A stretch of DNA of 64,000 bases, from assembly GCA_030704615.1 (NCBI GenBank), contig CM060733.1, positions 61,504,001 to 61,568,000 of the forward strand. Direction: 5' to 3'. Both the position numbers and the translations under genes were made by a program. Below the pieces are notes generated by a model that did not search any database, was not told the DNA's origin, and saw nothing but the letters and a program-made list of their open reading frames with translations. This stretch comes from Takakia lepidozioides. Lineage: Eukaryota > Plantae > Bryophyta. Numbering within the stretch: position 1 is the first letter of the stretch; each line of letters starts with the position of its first letter. Of this stretch, positions 25,112 to 38,713 are shown piece by piece.

Positions 25112-26060
25112 CACTAAATAAGGCCTCTCTGCGACTCCCGGAAGTCGCAGACCCGTCGCATTACCGCTGACGGGCGACTTCTAGCAGTCGCAACCCCCGC
25201 GAGGTGGCGTGCCCTCGCCACGTTGCGGCCAAGGGGGAAATGGCATCCTTGTGACTCCCCAACGTCGCGGCCCTGCTGGAGCGTCGTTAGGCCGTCCTAG
25301 CGACGACGGGACATCGCAATACCCCGTCGAGCTGGGCGTCCAAGGGGAAAAGGTGACGTTGCGACTCTTGAACGTCGATGGAACGTCACAGTACCCTCAG
25401 CCTAGGGGTCTAGGATTGGGGATTTCTGGTATGTAATGATTTTTGTTTTTACTCAAAAAAAATTTGTGAATTCAACCCTTGCACCACTACATCTATGCAA
25501 AAAATATTGGACAAAAAAATAAAATAAATAAAAAATAAATAAAAAATCTTCGCTCACTTTTTTAGACTTTCTATGAAGAGGTCATGAAGTTGTAGAGAAC
25601 TTAACTTTGGAGTACAAATGAGGGAAGAAAATACGGTTTTGGGTCCAGATGACTTTTGTTTACCCCCAATTTTTGCGTGTACATTGCATATGTTGTCATT
25701 AAACATATGGCTTGAAAGTGGAATTATAAAAAAATTGTGTGCAGACGAAACACAATATTTAGTCTCCACGACACGTAGTTTCGTTGAAATCTCGAATGAC
25801 CCATTGACTGAACTTGGTTCAAGCTCATATTTGGTCCACATGTGCTTAAGTATGTTCAGATCACATATGCAAAGTTGCAAATGACGAGCATCAAGAAGAA
25901 ATATTCACCCCCGACGTCGTAGGCCCTGCATGAAGTGAAAGAAAACTCAACCTTGGAAAGCAAATGATGGAGGAAAATATGGTTTTGGGTCTAGATGACT
26001 TTTGTTCACTGCCAAATTTTGCATGTACATTGCACACGCAGTCATTAAGCATGTGAGTCA
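25112..26060. mobile_element. Degenerate CACTA left terminus and subterminal region
   Basis: Starts CACTAAATAAGG..TCTCTGCGACTCCC with GCGAC repeats; 25400-26060 is an inverted copy of about 33880-34540. Confidence 0.6.
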
Positions 26061-26589
26061 TTCTCTTGTCATTCTATTATCATTCTCATTAAGTCATTCT
26101 CATTAAGTCATTCTCTTGTCTTTCTTGCATCTTTAACATGGGATACTCAATGATAGTTTGGAACTGTTCGTAGTTGTGAGCATTGTTCAACCAGCATTGT
26201 TCTTTCCTTTTGACGATCCTGGTTTAAATTAATGCAATGTAACCAAGCAACCTCTACATATTGAAATGTGCGTAATTTATGGCCCTTGTTCCTCCGCTGC
26301 AATAAACTCGTTCACAAAATGCTCTTCTTTCGCAGCAACCACGATCTTGAAATAAAGCCAAAGCTTGAAATCATCCGATGTTGTGCTTATCTCTATCATC
26401 CTACCTGAGCATGTGCGCGAGTTTTTTGTGATGGCATTCGAGGGGAGGGAGCCCGGTTATCAGCGTCACGTCCGTCAGTCAGCATCAGGTCACATCAGAC
26501 CTGACGCTTACACGACCTCCGTCACGTCAGGTTCCGGAAATATTCTCGTAAAAAAAAGTACCAGATAAAATATTGTCACGCGCCGACAC

Positions 26590-27010
26590 GGTGGCGGTGG
26601 CAAATACATTTTGGAAAATAATAAAATGAAAGCGACCACCAATTCTGGCGGTCGCTTTATATTTCAGAATTTTAGAAATAAGAGCGATCGCCAACATGGC
26701 GTTCGCTTAATTTTTTTTATAAAAAAAACAAAATTGGCGGTGGCATTCGCAGCAGTATATTTTTTTATAAAAATATAGCAACTTCCGTATTGGCGGTGGC
26801 ATAATTTTAAAAATATATAAAAAACACGCGACCGCCAAAATTGGCAGTCGTTGGTTTTCAATAATACATAAAAAGCAAGCGACCGCAATAATATGGCGGT
26901 CGCTTTATTTTACAAATATATTAAAAAAACCAGCGACCACCATAATATGGCGGTCGCTTTATTTTAAATATATATTTAAAAAACCATAATATGGCGGTCG
27001 CTTCAATTCA

Positions 27011-27041
<31 letters not shown>

Positions 27042-28857
27042 CAGCGACTGTCCTAATACGGCGGTCGCTTTATTTATTAAAAATATGAAAAATATTTTTA
27101 ATTTCAGAAAAAATGTAGCGACCGCCAGTAATGTCGGTCACATTTATTTTTTATTTTTTAAAATAGAGCGACCGCCATTATTGGTGGTCATTTAAAAAAA
27201 AACAACCGACCGCCATTATTGGCGATCGCTTGTATATTTTCAATTTCTGAAAATACAGCAACCGCCAGTAATGTCGGTCGCTTTTGTTTTTTATTATTTA
27301 TCAATAGAGCGACGGCCATTACTGGCGGTCGCTTGTATATTTTTAATTTCTGAAAATGCTGCGACCGCCAATTATGGCGGTCGCTTTTATTTTATTTTAT
27401 TTTAAATAGAGTGACCGCCATTACTGGTAGTCGCTTGTATATTTTTAATTTCTGAAAATGTTGCAACTGCCAGTAATGGCGGTCGCTTTTGTTTTTTTTT
27501 TGTTTTTATAAAAATTGAGCGACCGTCGTAACTGGCGGTCGTTTTTATTGTTTAATTTTTTAAATAGAGCGACCGCCAGTAATGGCGGTCGCTTTTTTGT
27601 TGTTTTTTTTAAATGTAGCGACCGCCATGGCAGCGATCGCTTCAAGAAGGTATGCCCTTACGCGTGGACCAAGGAACGAGAGGGGGGGAAGGCAGATAAA
27701 CCAAGGGAGGCTCAGTCTCCCCTCACTTCCTCTCCACACAACTTATGTGCGATCGCCATTATTGGCGGTCCTTTTTTTTAATTCATTTATTTTTAAATAT
27801 AGCAACGGCCATTACTGGCAGTCGCTTGTATATTTTTAATTTCAAAAAAATGCTGCGACCGCCAGTTATGGAGGTCGTTTTTTTTTTTCTAATTTTTTTT
27901 AATATAGCGACTGCCATTATTGGTGGTCGCTTGTATATTTTTAATTTCTGAAAATGTTGCGACTGCCAGTAATGGCGGTCGTTTATATATATATATATAT
28001 ATATATAAAATAAAGCGACCGTCGTTACTGTCAGTCGCTTTTATTGTTTTATTTTTTAAATAGAACGACCGCCAGTAATGGCAGACGTTTTTTTGTTGTT
28101 TTTTTAAAATGTATTGACCGCCATAGTGGCGGTCGCTTCTAGAAGGTGTGCCTTACGCGTGGACCGAGGAATGAGAGGGGGTGGGGAGATAAGCCAAGGA
28201 AGGCTGATTCTCCCCTCACTTCCTCTCCACACAACTTATGTGCGACCGCCAATAATGGCGGTCGCTTCAGTTTTTTATTTATTTTTAAACAGAACGACGG
28301 CCATTACTGGCGGTCGCTTGTATATTTTTAATTTTTGAAAATGTTGCGACCGCCAGTTATTGCGGCCGTTTTTATTTTTTATTTTTTTAAATAGAGCAAC
28401 CGCCATTACTGGTGGTCGCTTGTATATTTTTAATTTCTGAAAATGTTGTGACTGCCAGTATTGGCCGTCGTTTTTATTGTTTAATTTTTTAAATAGAGCG
28501 ACCGCAATTACTGGCGGTCGTTTTTTTGGTGTTTTTTTTTAAATGTAGCGACCGCCATAGTGGCGGTCGTTTCTAGAAGGTGTGCCTTACGCGTGGAGCG
28601 AGGAATAAGGGGGGGAGGTAGATAAGCCAAGGGAGGCTCATTCTCCCCTCACTTCCTATCCACTCAACTTGTGTGCGACCGCCATTATTGGCGGTCGCTC
28701 TAGTTTTTTATTTATTTTTAAATATAACGACGGCCATTACTGGCGGTCGCTTGTATATTTTTAATTTCTGAAAATGCTGCGACCGCTAGTTTTGGCGGTC
28801 GCCTTTATTTTTTATTTTTTTAAATAGAGCGATTGCCATTACTGGTGGTCGCTTGTA
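26590..28857. repeat. Array of palindromic GCGACCGCCA-N-TGGCGGTCGC modules with AT-rich spacers (left arm)
   Basis: Dozens of copies at about 50-60 bp spacing; a higher-order unit with a ~100-bp block recurs at about 27645, 28140 and 28575. Confidence 0.9.
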
Positions 28858-30600
28858 GAAAATCATTTGCATCCGTTGGTCCATTGGACGAATTTCGTTT
28901 CATCTCATATTACTCTGGGACCTCTTAGATAGTACATTGAGCACACTAGCAAAGTCTGAAAGCGAACCAAAATCGTTCGGATAGGCAACCATCCGTTCAG
29001 CCATCGAATGAATTTCGATTGATCTCGTATTAGTCCGGGACCTGTGAGAGGGTGTACCGAACGTACTGACAAGTTTGAAAGCAAACAAAAATAATTTGGA
29101 TGGGCAACCATCCGTTCAACCGTTGGATGAATTCCGTTTGATGTGCTATTATTCTAGGACCTGTTGGACGGCGTTTCAGGTGTACATGATTTTTTTTTCA
29201 TTCTGTTTTTTTTAGTCATATGTCTAATGACGGCATATGCAACGTGCGTGCCAAATTTCATAGCGAATAAAAGTCATTAGGACCCAAAACCACAATTTCT
29301 TCCCTAATTTGCACTCCAAACTTGATTTGACTTCTACTTCATGCACTCTTCATAGAGAGTTCTGCAATAGCGAGCGAAGAGAACATTTTTTAACATTTTC
29401 ATTTATGTTTGGTCCAAAGTTTTGCGGGGATGTAACCGTGGGAGGGTTGAAGCCAGATTACAAGATTGAGCCAAAAATAAAATCGTTACGTAGCAGGAAA
29501 CCCCAATCAAAGACAATGTAAACTTATTTATTTGCTTGAAATTTATTTAAACTAATTTAATTGCAAATTGGTGGAAGGGCGAGGGCGTGGTGGAGAGGCA
29601 AATGTTTGTTGCTTCTCTTGTTTCTCCGCACATGTGTTGCACACATATTCAAGCATATGCAGGCAAAAGATGGGCCTCAACCTCATCCGTTCAATGGGTG
29701 CATTACCCGTTCACCCACGAGAGGATTTCTTTATCACAATGAACAAAAAATTGAATGACACGTGAACGCCTCATTGGCCCATTGAACAAATTTCGATTGA
29801 TCTCATATTACTCTGGGACCTGTCAGATGGTACATTGGACATATTGACCAACTTTCGAAACGAACGAAAATCATTTGGATGGGCAACCCTCCGTTGGCCC
29901 ATTGGACAAATTTCGTTTCATCTCATATTACTCTAGGACCTCTTAGATGATACATTGAACACATTGGCAAAGTCTGAAAGCGAACCAAAATCATTTGGAT
30001 GGGCAACCATCTGTTCAGCCATCAAATGAATTTCGTTTCATCTCATATTAGTCCGGGACCTGATACATGGTATGTTAAACATAGTGGCAAAGTTTGAAAG
30101 CAAACAAAAATCAATTGGATGGTCAACCATTCGACCGCCATTCTTTTTCGTAATAAGCAAAACTTCATGATAGGTGAACGCGCCGTTGGCCCATTGAACG
30201 AATTTCGTTTCATCTTATATTACTCAGGGACTTGTGAGACGGTATACTGAAGACGCTGCGGAAGTTTCGAAGCGAACCAAAATCATTTGGATGGGCATCC
30301 ATCCGTTGGCCCATCAAACAAATTTCGTTTCATCTCATATTACACTGGGACCCGTCTTATGGTATGTTGAACATATTGGCAAAAATTAAAAGTAAACCAA
30401 ACTCATCTGGATGGGCAATCGTCCGTTGGGCCATTAAACGAATTTCGATTGATGTCATACTCGTACGAGACTTGTGAGACGACGTACCGAACTTACTGGC
30501 AAAGTTTGAAAGGAAACAAAAATCATTCAGAGGGCCAATCATCCGTTGTCCAATCGAATGATTTTCGTTTCATCTCGTATGACTCCTCGACCTGTTGGGA
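28858..30600. repeat. About 120-bp tandem repeat array (interrupted at about 29180-29760)
   Basis: Unit AAAATCATTTGGATGGGCAACCATCCGTT...GAATTTCGTTTCATCTCATATTACTCTGGGACC...GAAAGCGAACC, about 10 diverged copies. Confidence 0.85.
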
Positions 30601-30984
30601 TAAGCCCCACGGTGGCAATGACAATTGGAGATCGAAGGGATGACCTTCGCACGCCAGGACGGCACCCGGTGCTTCAAAAGGAAAAATAAGTGCGACGACA
30701 CATGGCGAGCAGAAGACGACCTTTGATGGGGTGTACTTTAATTGCGGGGAGATTAGGCACATGGCCAAAAAGTGTCCGAAATCCCAACAGTTGAACATTA
30801 CAACGGCGACCACGGAGCTTTCCGAAGACTCCATCAACCGCTTGGTGGAGGCAGTGGTCGCCAAGACTTTGCAAGGTAGACGACTACACGTGTGAGCTGT
30901 TCCAGGAGGCTAGAGCATCATGTAGCGGAAACCGCTTCATGTTCATAAGTAACAAAATTTTCGGAACTATCGTGTCGTTGTCGT

Positions 30985-32400
30985 ATAGGCGGTCGCTTCA
31001 TTTTTTTTTAAAACAAAAAAAAGCGATCGCTATTAGGCGGTCGCATCATCTTTTATAAATACCATAAAGAGCGACCACCATATGGTGGTCGTTTCATTTA
31101 AAATAAATACCTAAAAGAGCGACCGCCGTATTGGCGGTCGCTTCATTTAAAAAAACAAAAAAGAACGACCGCCATAGGATGGTCGCTTCATTTTTTAGAA
31201 AAACTTAACAGAGCGACCGTCGTAGTGGCGGTCGCTTCATTTTTTTATATATAAAAATTAAAGAAATAAAAACAAAAGTGAAGAAAAAGTGAAGAAGAGC
31301 GACCGCCATATGGCGGTCGCTTCAGTTTTGTTTTTAATATATATATTTAATAAATAAATTTAAACAAACAAACAAAAAACAAAAAAACAAAAAATTAGAT
31401 TTTTGTTTTTAGGGAGCGAACGCCGTAATGGCGGTCGCTTCAGTTTTTTAAGAATAAAAAAAGAGCGACTGCCATAGGGCGATCGCTTCATTTTTTTATT
31501 TTATTTTTTAAATATTATTGTTTATTTTTTTTAAAACTTATTGGAGCGACCGCTATATTGGCGGTCGCTTCAGTTTTTTTTTAAAGCGAAAAAGAGCGAC
31601 GGCCATCGGCCGGTCGCTTCATTTTTTAAAGAAATAAAAAACTTAATTTTTATTTATTTTTTAATTTAATGTTTTTTAAATGAGCGACCGCTGTATTGGC
31701 GGTCACTTCACTTTCTTAAAAAGCGAAGAAGAATACGGCGGTCGCTTCATTTTTTTTTTTTTTTAAAAAAAACTTATTTTAAAATTTAACTATTTATTAT
31801 TATTATTCAAAAAAAAACCTTAAAGGAGCGACCGCCGTATTGGCAGTCGCTTCAGTTTTTTAAAAAGCGAAAAAGAGAGACCCCATATGGCGGTTGGTTC
31901 ATTTTTAAAATAAATAAACGAAAATGAGCGACCAACGTAGTGGCGGTCACTTCATTTAAAAAAAAAAAAAAAAAAAACGACCACCGTACTGGCGGTTGCT
32001 TCATTTTTTCTTGAAAAAAAAGAGTGACTGCCGTAATTGCAGTCGTTTCATTTAAATTTCTTAAATAAAAAATGGCGGCCGCTAAATTTTAAAAAATAAA
32101 ACCAGAGACCGCCATTTGGCAGTCACTGCATTTTTTTTAAAAAAAAATAAAGAAATGACAGCTTGGCGGTCGCTCCATTTTAGAATCAAAATAAAAATAT
32201 GCGACGGCCGGCGAATGGCGGTCGCTGTATTTTTTAAACTGCGAGCGATTGCCAATCTGGGCGGTCGCTTAATTTTTAAAACTAATAATTTTCAAGCGAC
32301 TGCCAATATAGGCCGTCGCTTAATTTAAAATATAATAAATTGCAAACGACCGCCAATATAGACGATCACTCCATTTAAAACTTCATAAATTGCCGCCACG
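30985..32400. repeat. Array of GCGACCGCC..GGCGGTCGCTTCA palindromic modules (right arm)
   Basis: Same core motif as 26590-28857, about 20 copies separated by A/T tracts. Confidence 0.9.
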
Positions 32401-33072
32401 TCACGTCAGGAATGATAACTAGGGGAGGGAGAACCCAGTTGTCTGTCTCTCAACTCCAAGGTGCTTTATCAAGTTCTTGGATTTTTTCGATGAGATTGTC
32501 CACCTTTCGAATTTGTCAAGGAATCGAGGATGTCACCAAAGAAGTTTAGTATGCGCCTAGTCCAAGGTTCCCTAGAAGTTATCTGATGTATCTACATGTC
32601 AACGTTGTCTCCTAACATTGGATGCCTGCTACGACTTAGGTGATTATGTCAAACAATTCACACAAAGGCAATGACGTGCAACTGGAGCAAGTGATGCAAA
32701 TCGGCACCAAGATTCTACGCTATGTAAATCACATGGAGGTAGAAATGTTAATGGGATCTCATCCGATATACAAAGCGAAATCATCCGAGGTTGTGCTTCT
32801 CTCTACCATCCTACCTGAGCATGTGCGCGCGTTTTTCTATGACAAAGAGTATTTGGGGCCGATTGCAATTGCGTCGTTCTGTGACAAAATCTTTCGAATT
32901 CGTCAAGGAATCGAGGATGTCACCAAAGAAGTTTAGCATGCACATAATCCGAGGTTCTCTACAAATTATCTGATGTATCTAGATGTCAACGTTGTCTCCT
33001 GACAGTGGATGTCTGCTAGCTACGACTTAGGTGATTATGTCAAACAACTCCCACAAAGGCAACGACATGCAA

Positions 33073-33753
33073 CTAGAGTGCAACGATATGCAATTGTATT
33101 GTATTCATGATTTGATTTGATGATTTGTTGATTTGAAGTTTGATTTGATGTTGATTTTGAAATAAGGCCAAAGCTTTATACACCGAGTGATCTCCAACAA
33201 GAATGATCTGCTTCAGTTCCTTCATCAGGGTGATAATATCAGTATCTGCTTCTACTTGTTGTGCATCTTCATCAATTATTACGCAATTAAAAGCTTCAAT
33301 GATCATTGGCCTTCTATGGAGACAGTGCAAAAAAACAATGCAAGCATTCTCCATGCATTCCATCTCCAACCATTCCAGTGATGTATCTAGATGTCAACGT
33401 TGTCTCCTGACAGTGGATGTCTGCTACGACTTAGGTGATTATGTCAAACAACTCCCACAAAGGCAACGACGTGCAATTGTATTGTATTCATGATTTGATT
33501 TGATGATTTGTTGATTTGAAGTTTGATTTGATGTTGATTTTGAAATAAGGCCAAAGCTTTATACACTGAGTGATCTCCAACAAGAATGATCTACTTCAGT
33601 TCCTTCATCTAGGTGATAATATCAGTCTCTACTTCTACGTGTTGTACATCTTCATCAATTATTACGCAATTAAAAGCTTCAACGATCGTTGGCCTTCTAT
33701 GGAGACAGTGCAAAAAAACAATGCAAGCATTCTCCATGCATTTCATCTCCAAC
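33073..33753 (-). pseudogene. Tandemly duplicated fragment of a Upf1/DNA2/Sen1-like SF1 helicase
   Basis: FNCVIIDEDAQQVEAD...KQIILVGDH resembles motifs II and III (DEAAQ...LVGDH); near-identical ~385-bp duplication (about 32973-33372 vs 33379-33753). Confidence 0.6.
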
Positions 33754-33879
33754 CAATGTCTCTGTCAATTCAGAAAATAACTCAGTGCCAAAACTTCCTA
33801 GTTTTCCAAATCCATTTTCGTCTTTGTTGTATCATGAGGAAAGCTTGCAGCGTCTTTACATTCCAGAGTCTGTTGAGGA

Positions 33880-34983
33880 AATAAATTTATTCCATTTTTA
33901 AACCATATGCTTAATGACAACATGTGCAATGTGCATGCAAAATTTGGCAGTGAACAGACATCATCTGCACCCAAAACCATATTTTCTTCCCTCATTTGCA
34001 CTCCAAGGTTGAGTTTTCTTCAAGTTCATGCATTGTTGATGAGCATATTTCTTAATGTTGCTTATCTTTCGAGACTTTGCATATGTGATTTGGACATACT
34101 TAAGCGCGTGTGGACCAAATATGAACTTGAACCAAGTTCATTCAATGGGTCATTCAAGTATTGAACACATATACGTGTTTTAGAGACGAAAAACTGCATT
34201 TCGTTTGCACATGATTTTATTTTTATTCCGTTCTTAAACCATATGCTTAATAACAGCATACGCAATGTGCGTGAAAAATTTGAGAGTGAATAAAAACCAT
34301 TTGGCCCCAAAACTGTATTTTCTTCCCTCATTTACACTCCAAAGTTGAGTTGTCTTCAACTTCATGCATTATTCATAGAGAGTTCTGCAATAGTGAATGA
34401 AAAAAACACTTTTTTATTTTTTATTTGTTTTTGGTCCAATATTTTGCATGGATGTAGTGGTGCAAGGGTCGAATTCATAGAACAAAACACAACCAAAAAA
34501 CAATTATTACGTAGCAGCAATCCCCAATCTTAGACCCCCCAGGCAAGAGGGCACTTGCGATGCCCCAGCAGGCATGCGACTGCGGGGAATCGCAACCTCG
34601 CCATTGTGGCATTTCGGCGACGTCTGGACGTCGCAAATCCCAGCGCAACCTGACTCGGCCCTCCCCACGCGCCTAAGTGTGAGGGGGTGTTGTTGCGATT
34701 CCCGGCAGTTGCAGCCTTGCGGGAGCGTCGTAGAGGGTAAGTGCGACGCCCGGGCGTCGCAACCCCAAGGTCGCTGGCGGGTCATCCCCAACAGCAGCGA
34801 CGTGGCGGAATCGCAAGCAGGCGAAGCGTCACCAGAGCGGCGCGGCGGCGACGGGCCGACGTCGCAATTTCCGGGCCGGACGCCTGCGCGGCGCTGCAGT
34901 CGCAGGAGGGTCGTCGCGTCCGGCGCACCCGGGGTCCCGACGTCACTAAACCCCCCCCCCCCCCCCCCCTAAACGTAGCAGTG
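33880..34983. mobile_element. CACTA terminus with subterminal repeats (end 1 of the LINE-splitting element)
   Basis: GCGAC-rich block, C-tract, then TAAACGTAGCAGTG ending at 34983; matches the terminus at 46001. Confidence 0.8.
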
Positions 34984-36865
34984 CACCATCTCTGCTCGGA
35001 GGAAGAAACCTCCTAGCAGTGTTTAACCCATACCCACAGCTTATCGGAAATTGAAAGACCTCCACCCCTCCCATCCGCTGTTCACCCTTTCTTCACCTAG
35101 ACAAATAACAGAGGGGTCAGTGACCTCTCTATGGCCAGGCTCAACCGTTTTATACCTCTCTCTCCTCGAGAGCCTTCCAAAATCCCCAGGAGCCAATTGC
35201 ACAGGGGTTTGATCACGCAGTAATTTCGGCTTCAATCAAGATGCATAATTCTTTTCCTAGAGGGAGGGGAATTTACAAGATGAACTCCTCCCACCTGCGA
35301 ATACCATCATATGTTGAAAGCTTGAAGCTCGTTTGGTTATAATCAGGGAACCTCCTTCACTGCCCAGTTGCTAGGTTTCAAGAAAAGCTCCAGGCAGCAT
35401 GCACGGTAAGTCAGAACAGTAGCAGACTTATTACTGCCTCACAGAAAAAAAAAAAAAAAAAAAAAAACCTTGGCCCTAAGGAAATGCCTAAGTGTTTGTC
35501 AGAAGAAAATAGAAACTGATTATTGCGATGACCACACTTTTCAAACTTACCTTGAAGCCCGGCTCAATCTAGATAGTCACAATCTTCTTCAGGAGAGCAA
35601 AATGAAGCTTCAGGCAAGCATCAACTGGTCAACTAAGGGGGAAAAAATGTCGAAATACTTCTTTCAAAAAATGAAGCTGCGAAGGGCTACCCAACCCATC
35701 TCTGAGCTATACACCAATGATCTTGGACCCAAATCCTCAAACCCCAAAGAGATGTGCTCTTCTGCATTTCGCCACTTCTCTTCCCTATTCCAGGCAGACC
35801 CAAAAGACCCACACTATGATATCCACCTACGTGACTGTCTTCAATACTTCCCGCAAAAGCTTCAGGCACATGACTCCCCAGCCCTGGAGGCTGAGTTCAC
35901 GGCTCTTGAACTGAAGAAAGCTCTTGACCTCATGACTTTGAGAAAGAATTTGACAGGGTGGACTGGAACATTCTACTCGCAGTGCTTCGGAAAGCTGGTC
36001 TTCCACCCGGTTTTTGCCAATGGGTTTCTATCCTTCTGGATGGAGCCTCAAGTAGGGTAACGGTCAATGAACATCTCTCCAAAGCCTTTCCGCTTCAGAG
36101 ATCAGTTAGCCAGGGTTGCCCGCCGGCCCCTTTCCTATTCTTGTTTGTGGCAGATGCCCTAGGTTATATGCTTGACAATAACGGTGCTGTTAGGGGCCTG
36201 AAGCTTCAAAATCCGAGAACCAACGATTGGTGTGAAGTCAAGGATTCCATGTTTGTTGATGACACCTTCCTTTTTCTTGAGGCAACCCCATCCACCCTAG
36301 CTGCTGCCGAACAAACCCTTATGCAATTCTGTGCCGTCTCTGACTTTAGAGTCAACTGGTCCAAAACCAAGGCCTTGCTTCTAGGTGATACCTCCAAGTC
36401 ATCCATAAGAACGGCTCCAAACTGGGGACTACACCTGGGCTTGGTTTGGCTGAAAGAAGGCGAAACCACTACGCTTCTGGGGCATACATTTGGCATCCAT
36501 CTTACTGAGGATCAGAGAATGGGCCCTCAAGAAACAACTAGCCTACTGGGGCTCTCTCCATCTTTCAATCACCGGAAGAGCCCTGGCTGCCAATCAGGTT
36601 CTCATGGCAGGCATTTAGTACTTTGCCTACTCCTGGGGCCCGGAATCTAGGTTCATCAATGAGGTCAGGAAATGTGTCAGAAATTTCATCTGGGGGGCAA
36701 CATCAACCTCGCAACATAAGAGGCCGCACGTATCATGGCATCAGATCTGTCTCCCCAAGAAAATAGGTGGTCTGGGGGTGCTCGATCCACAGACCCAGAT
36801 CAAGGCCCTTCTTGGTAAGTGGGTTCCTAGGTTTCTGGGACCTGAGGGTGGTTGGTGGAAACTAA
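34984..36865 (+). mobile_element. L1-type LINE ORF2, 3' half (end of endonuclease plus RT), decayed
   Basis: FFT*TNNRG..ARLNR (endonuclease C-terminus), GEKMSKYFF, SVSQGCPPAPFLF, MFVDDT, RVNWSKT, LPKKIGGLG; deletions and frameshifts. Confidence 0.85.
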
Positions 36866-38713
36866 TGGTAACCACCTCCATTACCACATCTTCGCCAAGA
36901 GCCAGGCGGGGGCTCCTTCGCACCGCGGGGCTGGAATGTGCAGAAGTGGGAGGAGGTGATGCTGCCTTGGCGGTCGAGCGCTTCTTACTAGGCGTGGACA
37001 TAGACCATGACAAAAATGAAGACGAGCGAGGACATAGACCATGACCAAGACAAAGACGAGCGAAGAAGACCAAGACATGCAAAGGAGGAAAGAAGGACAA
37101 GGAGGGGAGTGTGATCACACACCCCCCCGATCTGTAGTGAAGATCCGGCCGTTGTTGATTTCAAATATGAACACGTGTCGTGCATCCGACACTATGGCCT
37201 TTTCAACTTTGAGACGTTAAACCCTAAACCACTTACAATCCTCCAGACAACTAGATGTAGTGATTCACACAACTGACATGGATCCATTAACTTTTTTTCG
37301 TTCAAAATTAGGCGAAGGAAACACACTGCAATGATGCCGTGTATGGCTCCGCTTTACATGCATTCTTGGAGAAAATACGCATGATGTGTGAGAAGTGAAC
37401 ATAGTGCTTTGCCAAATGATTCAGCAAAAACAAACTCAACTATAGTGGTTCTCCCATCGCAGAGAAGGGTCCATTCGACACCCATCGCACCATGCCAGGT
37501 TGAGGTCCTCACACACACACCTACACACCGAGAATTTGCGAACCCACATTAGCTGGGAGAACATGGAAATTACCCCGTGGATCACATGCAAGCATGAATG
37601 ATAAATGGGTTTATGTTACATGGGAGATTTTGGTGTACCTGCGCGACATGCAACTCTGTCTACATACTCCATAAGTCGCTGTCCCAAGACCCAAGTGGAC
37701 AGGGGAGGCCGGTGAGTCTGTACCACAAATGGTAATCATACAACAAAGGGTACTGCTGCCCAACGTGCAAAAGCCACCGGCTACAGGATGCTAGGCATGC
37801 GAACTCGGGCACAGCACGCCTCCTCTGCACCCCACTCCGTCCCAACCAGTGCAAAACAACCGTGCATGCATTGACTGCCGTCTGGCTTTCTCTCCAGGCA
37901 TTTGGGGGTCTGCGATCTGCTACACGTAAGTGTCTTTGAATGCGACGATCAAAGGATCCGGTCACTTGCAGTTGCCGTCTCAAGGGTAGCATTGCAAGAA
38001 TCAGAATTAAGTAAGAAAGATGGTGGAAGAAGCTGCAAACAGCAAATGAGTGAAGTGGCAAGGCGATGCTCCATTTTTAACATGCTCTCCTTCCCGCCAT
38101 GGTGATAGAGCCACACAAATGGACTCCCTTCCCGCCACGGTGCAATTTCACGGCAACGGAACGGGATTGACCGCCGAAACGTGATTTGGAGATGGCCTAA
38201 GACAAGTGGCGCAGGTTCCGGCCTTGTAGTCAGGTTGTTCACACTTCAATGCACACATTTCATACACATTCAACCATATGCCCAAGATCACAACGTCCTC
38301 AATCGTGAAAATTGAAATTCCACGTACGTCCTCCGATTCCTCACACACACACGAACTGTAGAGACAGGTGGTTTTCCAGGATGTCGTTGTTTGAGTCGAT
38401 TTTGGTCATTTCTCTCAGTGTCTTGTTGAAAAGATTCTAGTTATGATGGGAAGCATCGTGATGGCTTTTAAATGGTTCGTTGTTGAGTGTAACTTTTCAT
38501 CATGTTGTGGAATCTACCAGTTGGTATAAAATGTCAACTGTCTTCTCTGCCAAAGGATGTGCGGCTGAACCTTTCAAATTGAGATTGCAGGAGGAGGGAA
38601 TTGACGGTAGTGAAATGAGAGTGACAGAGCCAAATTGAGGAATCTCTGCAAAGGAGAATTCGGCCCCCTGCAACGGCGTGCACAAACAGCATTGAAGAGG
38701 CTCCCCAACAAAA

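Larger units (their letters stand above)
26452..32423. mobile_element. Foldback-like non-autonomous DNA transposon
   Basis: Short TIR CCCGGTTATCA / TGATAACTAGG; flanking direct repeat GGAGGGAG (extendable to 11 bp) at 26444-26451 and 32424-32431; both arms are made of GCGACCGCC..GGCGGTCGC hairpin modules. Confidence 0.7.

Noticed and set aside
26590-32400. CRISPR or REP-like array
   Set aside because: The spacers are low-complexity A/T tracts; better explained as foldback transposon arms
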